Source: an uncultured virus (IMG/VR IMGVR_UViG_3300049629_001705) (taxonomy: Duplodnaviria > Heunggongvirae > Uroviricota > Caudoviricetes). Taken from it: a DNA stretch of 64,000 bases. Shown here in pieces: positions 57,884 to 64,000 of the stretch. The translations under genes and the position numbers were made by a program. The stretch is taken from the IMG/VR virus record IMGVR_UViG_3300049629_001705; one strand, given 5' to 3'. Every line of letters begins with the position of its first letter. Position 1 is the first letter of the stretch. Below the pieces are notes generated by a model that had not been told where the DNA came from, made no database searches, and saw nothing but the letters and a program-made list of their open reading frames with translations.

Positions 57884-58487
57884 ATATAATATTCATTTTT
57901 TCAAAAATTTTATCGCAACTAATTTGATTACAGCTCCAAGAATTTATAACCGATTCCTCAAAATATTTGGGGGATATCCACCAATCTTCAAAATACATTT
58001 CTGGATGTCTTGAGTGAGAGATATCACCACAAATTAATTTGTAACCTTTGGACTCCAACAGTTGTCTTTGTGGTAATCTTTCTGCCTCGTTAAAACGGTT
58101 TCCTAAATAAGCATCGTGTTCAATTGTTATGATTTTAAATTTGTAGTTGCTGTCAATTATTTTTTGGAGTAATTTAAATCTGTCTCCACAGCCTTCCATA
58201 TCCAAGGTTAGATAATCAATAACTTCATTGTCATAATAATCCTTTAGTAATTGATTATAGTCTTGATTGAGACAATCTGCTTGAATGAACTTACATCTGC
58301 GTTCTTTCCATTGGTTACTGAAATTGATAATATCCAAAGAAATACCGTCCCACCCATTTAATTCGAGTAAGTAAGTGTTGTTAATTTTTTTTGGTAGGGA
58401 GCACCCTAAATCGAGAAACTTACCTGGTTTACCTTGACTTATATTATAAACAAATAAATCTTGACCACATTGGGAATATGATTTCAT
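57852..58487 (-). CDS. FkbM-like methyltransferase
   Basis: YSQCGQD, FLDLG, NNTYLLE, IDYLTLDMEG, FEDWW. Confidence 0.75.
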   Translation of the reverse strand: MKSYSQCGQDLFVYNISQGKPGKFLDLGCSLPKKINNTYLLELNGWDGISLDIINFSNQWKERRCKFIQADCLNQDYNQLLKDYYDNEVIDYLTLDMEGCGDRFKLLQKIIDSNYKFKIITIEHDAYLGNRFNEAERLPQRQLLESKGYKLICGDISHSRHPEMYFEDWWISPKYFEESVINSWSCNQISCDKIFEKMNIIYEVAEESINR

Positions 58488-58498
58488 TTTTTTGTATT

Positions 58499-59107
58499 TT
58501 ATTTTGAGATTATTTTTCCTTTTTTTCTCAGAATAGTGAGACCATGGTTTATGGGTATTGTCATCCACTCCCATTTATTTTTATCTAACTCTTCAACCGC
58601 TCTATATGGTCCACCAAGACCCCATTCACTTTTTTCAGGATAATTGATAGGATAGAAAAAATTTGGATGGCAACTATGACCCATCAAATCGTGTAGTAAT
58701 ATTATTGTGTTTTCATCACTAATCCTATCAATTTCTTCTAATTCTGTTTTTACGTGAGGGTAACTGTGCCAATCATCAACATAGATAATATCGTATTTTT
58801 CGGTATTTTTTTTCAAAAATTCTATGGCGTCAGATTGTACAAAGGTTTGATATCTCGCCAAGTCCTCAGGAGCTTTCCAAACGTATTTTGAAATGTCTAC
58901 TGACGTTAAATGACCACCCAATACTTTACAGGCAACTAAAAAAGGATAACTAGAACCACCATCTCTTACTCCAAGTTCCAAGATTTTTTTAGCATTCATT
59001 TGAAGAGCGATAGAGAAAAAAGTTAAGACGTGTTCAAAATATTGTTTTCCTCCGTCGTTTTTAGTTTTCAAAGTTCTATTCATCAATTCGACTAAATAAT
59101 TTTCCAT
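58499..59107 (-). CDS. Class I SAM methyltransferase (Methyltransf_24-like)
   Basis: ILELGVRDGGS, YDIIYVDDWH, ILLHD. Confidence 0.85.
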   Translation of the reverse strand: MENYLVELMNRTLKTKNDGGKQYFEHVLTFFSIALQMNAKKILELGVRDGGSSYPFLVACKVLGGHLTSVDISKYVWKAPEDLARYQTFVQSDAIEFLKKNTEKYDIIYVDDWHSYPHVKTELEEIDRISDENTIILLHDLMGHSCHPNFFYPINYPEKSEWGLGGPYRAVEELDKNKWEWMTIPINHGLTILRKKGKIISK

Positions 59108-59916
59108 TAAATTTTTTTTAGAATTTTATTTATACCTTCTTTCAGAGATATTTTTGGTTTCCAATAATTTAAAATGTATGGGTCGGGTTCATTTTTTTTA
59201 TTTTTCTGTACATCATCAGTTTCTGTAGAAGCTAATATTTCACAAGGTATATATTCTCGAATTATTTCAGCAACTTCTAAGATTGAATTCCATTCAAAAC
59301 TAGTAATGTGAAGGTTTTTATTTCTATCTATATCATTGTAATTTAAAGATAATATTTCTAAAGCATTAGAACAGTCTTCAGCATGTAAAAATTGTCTCAA
59401 CTCGGAACCGTCAGTCAACATTTCTATTTTTCCTTGTTTAGCTTTGAGAATAAAATCGGTTATTACATGTGATTTTTCCAAATCATGTTCAGGTCCGTAT
59501 ACATTCCAAAATTTTACAGTAAGACCATTTAAAGCTGTGGCGCAAATTTCACCCATAGATTTCAAAAGTCCATATGGCGAATAGGACATGTTTGCCATTT
59601 GTGAGGAGGCAAAAATAAAAGGTTTATTGAATTTTTTGATTGATTTGAATGTATGAAGAGTTAGTGCTAAATTGTTTTCAACAAATTCATATGTGTGTTG
59701 ATACTTTTTTAAGTATCTTGAACCACCTACATCAAAGGCCAAAAACATCACGAAGTCGACATCTTTCATTATTGTATCAAGAACATCAGGAATTCTGAGG
59801 TCTTGTTTAGGGTCTTTGATGATGTCAAACTCGACCACCTCATGACCTTTATTTTTAAGATATTGACATAATTCTAATCCTATTTGTCCTTCGGAACCTA
59901 AAACCAAATATTTCAT
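59107..59916 (-). CDS. NAD-dependent epimerase/dehydratase
   Basis: GSEGQIG, YGLLK, NVYGP. Confidence 0.85.
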   Translation of the reverse strand: MKYLVLGSEGQIGLELCQYLKNKGHEVVEFDIIKDPKQDLRIPDVLDTIMKDVDFVMFLAFDVGGSRYLKKYQHTYEFVENNLALTLHTFKSIKKFNKPFIFASSQMANMSYSPYGLLKSMGEICATALNGLTVKFWNVYGPEHDLEKSHVITDFILKAKQGKIEMLTDGSELRQFLHAEDCSNALEILSLNYNDIDRNKNLHITSFEWNSILEVAEIIREYIPCEILASTETDDVQKNKKNEPDPYILNYWKPKISLKEGINKILKKI

Positions 59917-59919
59917 AAT

Positions 59920-60537
59920 TTATCTTTGAACAAAAATTCCACCCATAGAACCTCCATGGGTAATTTCAAATTTATAGTTGTATTTAATTATCCATTCAGT
60001 AAACGCTAATCTTTCATGTTCGTCAAAATCTTTGTTTCCTCCATGCCAATCATCAAATCTGATATATAATTTATTCCAATCACACTTTGTTACAAACTCT
60101 AAAGCTGACACCGTTGGTTCGTAAATGTCAACATCTATGTTGACTAAACTTATTTTCGAAATTTCGTAGTCTGATGGTTTAGTCAGTTTATGAACATCAC
60201 TGACAATCATTTTTACATTTTTGTATGGTGATAGTTTTTTTAAGGCCTCTTCCTTATTTTTTGGAATTCTATTGTTGTTAGCAAAAAGAGGATTTGATAA
60301 ACTGAACATCCCTTCGGACCAATCTGCTGTTTCAGGTAAGGTTTTGTTAGATTTTTCTAAACCCTCAAAATGGTCTACTGTGAATATTGTCTTATTCGGA
60401 AACGATTGAGAAAGTAAAATTGCTGATTCACAACTGAAGGTACCGAACTCCAATACGTCCCCTTGTGTTTCAAATTTTTTTACAAAACTAGATAAATCGC
60501 TTAAAGAGCAGGATTGTTTGTTTGGACTGGTGTTCAT
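59920..60537 (-). CDS. TylF/MycF-like O-methyltransferase
   Basis: LEFGT, DHFEGL, NIDVDIYEPT, FDDW. Confidence 0.8.
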   Translation of the reverse strand: MNTSPNKQSCSLSDLSSFVKKFETQGDVLEFGTFSCESAILLSQSFPNKTIFTVDHFEGLEKSNKTLPETADWSEGMFSLSNPLFANNNRIPKNKEEALKKLSPYKNVKMIVSDVHKLTKPSDYEISKISLVNIDVDIYEPTVSALEFVTKCDWNKLYIRFDDWHGGNKDFDEHERLAFTEWIIKYNYKFEITHGGSMGGIFVQR

Positions 60538-61367
60538 AGATTTTTAAGATAATTTTCGTAAATATAATCCTCAGCAATTTGAAGAGACATAGCAGCTTCA
60601 AAATTTTTTTGAATGTGAGGCATCATCGAATCATACTTTTCTCTTGACAGAGAAGACAATGTTGGGTCATCCTCCAAAAATATAACTCCTCTTGGGTCAA
60701 AGTATTTTTCAACCACTTTTCTGGACCCCCAATAAACAGGAACTGTTCCCACAGCGAAACAATCGGTTAATTTTTCTGTGAAATAAGTGTCTGAGTTATC
60801 GTTTTCTATTGCCACTGAGAACATATAGTCAACTAAACCATCCTCTTTGTTATTCAACTGATGAGGTCTTCCTGTACCAAATAGGTCAACTTTATCTTTT
60901 AATTTTTCAACCCAATTCAATCTGTTTTGGTGACCTCTTAACCATCCTTTTGTGGAGGATATCATTGAAACCAATTTGGTTTTTTCATGAATTTTTCTAT
61001 TACGTTCCCAAATCCAAGGTACTGCGTTTGAAATTGTATAAGTGAAAGGGGCTCCGAGCTCTATCAAACTATCCACACAAGTGAAAATATACTTGTAATG
61101 TTCCTTCACCATGGGCAAATTCTCTAATAGAAATTTAATAGTTCCTTCATTCATTTGAGGTGATTCTAACAACCATCCAATTTTCTCTCTTGATGGGTCA
61201 TTAAATCCCCAATCTTTGATGTAGTTATCCACATATACTGAAATCTTATATGGGTCTTGGGTGTCTCTTGACAACCATTTTAACGTTTTGGGATTATTTC
61301 TAGCTGAAGAACAATCGTAGTCCCCCCACCAATCTGATACTTTTCTAATTTTAGGTAATTCGCTCAT
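60534..61367 (-). CDS. GT10 (alpha-1,3-fucosyltransferase-like)
   Basis: YMFSVAIEN...YFTEKLTDCF..GTVPVYWG. Confidence 0.85.
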   Translation of the reverse strand: MSELPKIRKVSDWWGDYDCSSARNNPKTLKWLSRDTQDPYKISVYVDNYIKDWGFNDPSREKIGWLLESPQMNEGTIKFLLENLPMVKEHYKYIFTCVDSLIELGAPFTYTISNAVPWIWERNRKIHEKTKLVSMISSTKGWLRGHQNRLNWVEKLKDKVDLFGTGRPHQLNNKEDGLVDYMFSVAIENDNSDTYFTEKLTDCFAVGTVPVYWGSRKVVEKYFDPRGVIFLEDDPTLSSLSREKYDSMMPHIQKNFEAAMSLQIAEDYIYENYLKNL

Positions 61368-61370
61368 AAT

Positions 61371-62189
61371 TTAATTTTTTGGTTTCAGTTCACCGTTTAT
61401 ATATTCTACTTCTATTTTATTCCAATCAGGTTGAAACATATCCATGTAGTTTTGTGGTCCACTTGGTCCAAACCATACAGATGGAACAAAAACTTTTTTA
61501 TTTGGATTTTGGTTTAGCAAAGCCGCCCACCAAGAAAATGTAGAATTGGAAATGATATTTGATTTACAAAGTGACATTATCCACATATCGATGTAATCTT
61601 CCTCATTTATAAGTGTCACATTATCACTCTTGAAATTTTCTAATAACCAGTTTTTATCATCTCCGAAAAGAAATAGATGGTCGTAATTTCCGATAATGGT
61701 AAGTGCTTTGTCAATATATTCTTTGGAAACACTGGGATGAATGTGGGGGTTTTGTTTATAATCACCAAATCTCACGTGTATTGAAACTGTGTTTTCTTGA
61801 TTAAGTTGAGGATACTTCTCCTTAATTTGTTTGATGAATTCTTCCGTTGGTCCAAAATATTCAATAATGTTTTTGTCGAATCCCAAAAAGTTTTTTCCGC
61901 TTTGGAAGTATCCTTCAAACACAGTGTTGCCTTCTACAGGATTCACATCAGAAAATTCCCATGGACCTTCGTGAACTTTTGTAAATCCATCTAAACTATC
62001 TATAAATTTAAGTTTTCTGAATACGTTGTCTCGATAGTTCGAAGCGTCTCTACCTTGCATGGGTGTCCACGATTTGGGTAAAAAAACTGCCTCTCTATGA
62101 TGTTTCCAAGCTTGACAAAGGGCGTGAGCGGCTTGGAACATTTGATTTCCAAGTCCACCCATCAGATTACAAGAAATTAAATTATTCAT
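61371..62189 (-). CDS. GT11 (alpha-1,2-fucosyltransferase-like)
   Basis: GGLGNQMFQ, SIHVRFGDY, ISNSTFSWWAA. Confidence 0.92.
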   Translation of the reverse strand: MNNLISCNLMGGLGNQMFQAAHALCQAWKHHREAVFLPKSWTPMQGRDASNYRDNVFRKLKFIDSLDGFTKVHEGPWEFSDVNPVEGNTVFEGYFQSGKNFLGFDKNIIEYFGPTEEFIKQIKEKYPQLNQENTVSIHVRFGDYKQNPHIHPSVSKEYIDKALTIIGNYDHLFLFGDDKNWLLENFKSDNVTLINEEDYIDMWIMSLCKSNIISNSTFSWWAALLNQNPNKKVFVPSVWFGPSGPQNYMDMFQPDWNKIEVEYINGELKPKN

Positions 62190-62812
62190 TTTTGAAATGT
62201 TGTGTTTTCCCAAGATTCCCAAACAAATGGATATTCCCATTTAAGTTTGAAACCAATTTGAGTTAATCCCTCTTGAATTTTTTTATGTCTCTCTTCATAG
62301 TTTTCACCCATTCTGTGGTACTGAACTTGAATATAGTTGAACTTTTGTAAAATACCTGACTTAATCCATTCTTCCATAAGAGGGTACTCCTCCCCCTCGA
62401 TATTAACCTGCATCAAATCTACCTTATCAATATTGTGTTTATCCAAATAATATTCTAAGGTGTGACATTTAACGGTTTGAAGGTTATTAGAATTCAAATA
62501 AGCGGATGTCGCATCACCATCAACCGCAAAAGACAACTCTTTTTCTTCTGTGGAAATACCAGCATTTTCAGTTTTGATTTTGTCTCTATTGTTTTTGAGG
62601 TAATAATCAAATTCTACAATCATTTTGTCGTAAAATTCTTTTATTGGTTCAATGACCAAAACATTACAATTGAATTTAGTTGAAACTCTTTTAGTCCAAA
62701 GACCGTGAAAACCACCAAGTTCAATGACTTGAGAATTTTCATTTAAGGGATAATCTAATACGAGAATATCGTCTCCTTTATCTGCTCTCCATTTTGCGTG
62801 TATTTCTGACAT
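62186..62812 (-). CDS. FkbM-family methyltransferase
   Basis: ELGGFHG, IEPI, VNIEGEEY. Confidence 0.85.
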   Translation of the reverse strand: MSEIHAKWRADKGDDILVLDYPLNENSQVIELGGFHGLWTKRVSTKFNCNVLVIEPIKEFYDKMIVEFDYYLKNNRDKIKTENAGISTEEKELSFAVDGDATSAYLNSNNLQTVKCHTLEYYLDKHNIDKVDLMQVNIEGEEYPLMEEWIKSGILQKFNYIQVQYHRMGENYEERHKKIQEGLTQIGFKLKWEYPFVWESWENTTFQK

Positions 62813-62815
62813 TAA

Positions 62816-63526
62816 TTATAATTTTTTATAAGGTGTTTTATTTCTGATTTTATTTGTTGTCTTCATGACATTTGCCATATTAACTTTATGGTCATTAATC
62901 GGATTAGATTCGTTGTAAATGTATAAAATATCTGTCAAAAATCTATAATGTTCCTCTCCTGACATTTCAAACATAGGAAACATAAATGCCAAGTCGCCGG
63001 CAACACTCCAAAAATTACCATCTTCATCTTTCAAATCAGAATCTTCAATTTTCTTCCACAGCCATGATTTCCATGTTCTCATATGTGAAAGAGTAAATGT
63101 TTGTTTTCTAACATCTGAAAATTGTTGTGGTGGTTTGGCAAATCCTGGCCTACCATCGTGATACCTGAAGGAACCACTTGTCATCCAAATTTCGGAGTCT
63201 TTATAAGTTTCATTTATTGAATCAAAAACATTTGAGTTTGGTAGCCAATCGTCACCGTCAACTTCTATACAAATTTCATCATCAGGTATGTTTAATCCTC
63301 TTATAATTTGGTCGTAATTTCCAGGTTGAAACTTTTTTGTATTGTTTTCAACTAAAATAAATCTTTTGTCATTATAGATTGTCTTCTTTATTACTTCTCG
63401 GGTAAAATCAGTTGATAAATCATCTGTTATATAACATGTAAAATTTTTGTGTGTTTGTCCCATAATACTGAACAAACATCTTTCGATAAAAGTTTGACAA
63501 TTGTATGTGGTTGTCAGTATAATCAT
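62816..63526 (-). CDS. Glycosyltransferase family 2
   Basis: TTYNC, ITDDLSTD, VDGDDW. Confidence 0.9.
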   Translation of the reverse strand: MIILTTTYNCQTFIERCLFSIMGQTHKNFTCYITDDLSTDFTREVIKKTIYNDKRFILVENNTKKFQPGNYDQIIRGLNIPDDEICIEVDGDDWLPNSNVFDSINETYKDSEIWMTSGSFRYHDGRPGFAKPPQQFSDVRKQTFTLSHMRTWKSWLWKKIEDSDLKDEDGNFWSVAGDLAFMFPMFEMSGEEHYRFLTDILYIYNESNPINDHKVNMANVMKTTNKIRNKTPYKKL

Positions 63527-64000
63527 GAAATAATTTTTATATATTCTTCTTTGATTTGTTTAGCCACGTTTGTAGTAAAATATTTTTCGATATCAGAAGG
63601 TGGGTCAAATTTTTCTTTTGAAGTTATCACACCCAAGGAATCTACCTTATAAATCCAACCTGGTTTACCCGACAACCAACCTTCAATAGTTGTTCTTCCA
63701 AGTTGTATCCCTGCTGTTTCTGAACAACCTTTCAAATACTTTTCAATATTCCAAGTTGCTGGAAAATATTTAACATTTGATTCTCTTTGTAATGCGTCTA
63801 AAAAGTTACCTTTGTTTTCTCCAACAATCCACAATTCTTTACCTATTTTTTGTGTGTATTCAATTAGGTCCATTAAAGTTTCTCTTCTGAGATAATCCAA
63901 AGTTCCAACAAATAGAACATAACCTGATTCATCTAACTCAGATTTTGTGAATTTTGACTCATCGATTGGATTATAAATTATTTCAATATCATTTTCTGAA
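63523..64000 (-). CDS. GT4-like glycosyltransferase, 5'-truncated by window edge
   Basis: Frame open to the edge: IIYNPID...VLFVGTLDY...GRTTIEGW. Confidence 0.7.
   Translation of the reverse strand, partial: SENDIEIIYNPIDESKFTKSELDESGYVLFVGTLDYLRRETLMDLIEYTQKIGKELWIVGENKGNFLDALQRESNVKYFPATWNIEKYLKGCSETAGIQLGRTTIEGWLSGKPGWIYKVDSLGVITSKEKFDPPSDIEKYFTTNVAKQIKEEYIKIIS

Overview
This window is a 64-kb segment of an AT-rich, large T4-like myophage genome that very probably infects Bacteroidota. The host call rests on TAnnTTTG -7 promoter elements, a Bacteroidota-type bS21 and tmRNA, and a TonB receptor/lipoprotein pair. From left to right: (1) two tandem carbamoyltransferases; (2) a cluster of 11 intact tRNAs and one 5'-half remnant, mixed with small genes and three unclassified structured RNAs; (3) an envelope/uptake module (PspC, a beta-helix lipoprotein and a TonB-dependent receptor behind a 3x11-bp operator, a small OM barrel); (4) a proteostasis module (tmRNA with an atypical tag, M20/M28 peptidase, ClpC lacking its N-domain, Hsp20); (5) a nucleotidyltransferase-murein hydrolase fusion and a Thr/Pro mucin-like protein; (6) the head module (terminase, portal, antisense bS21, prohead protease, a DUF4494-like array, scaffold, major capsid); (7) likely baseplate genes and a late sigma factor; (8) a large glycan locus (GT2, GT4-like, GT10, GT11, GDP-mannose 3,5-epimerase, four methyltransferases, PhoH). 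A TATTTAT motif precedes about 20 late-type genes on their sense strand. All family calls come from motif recognition by eye; no database searches were run.
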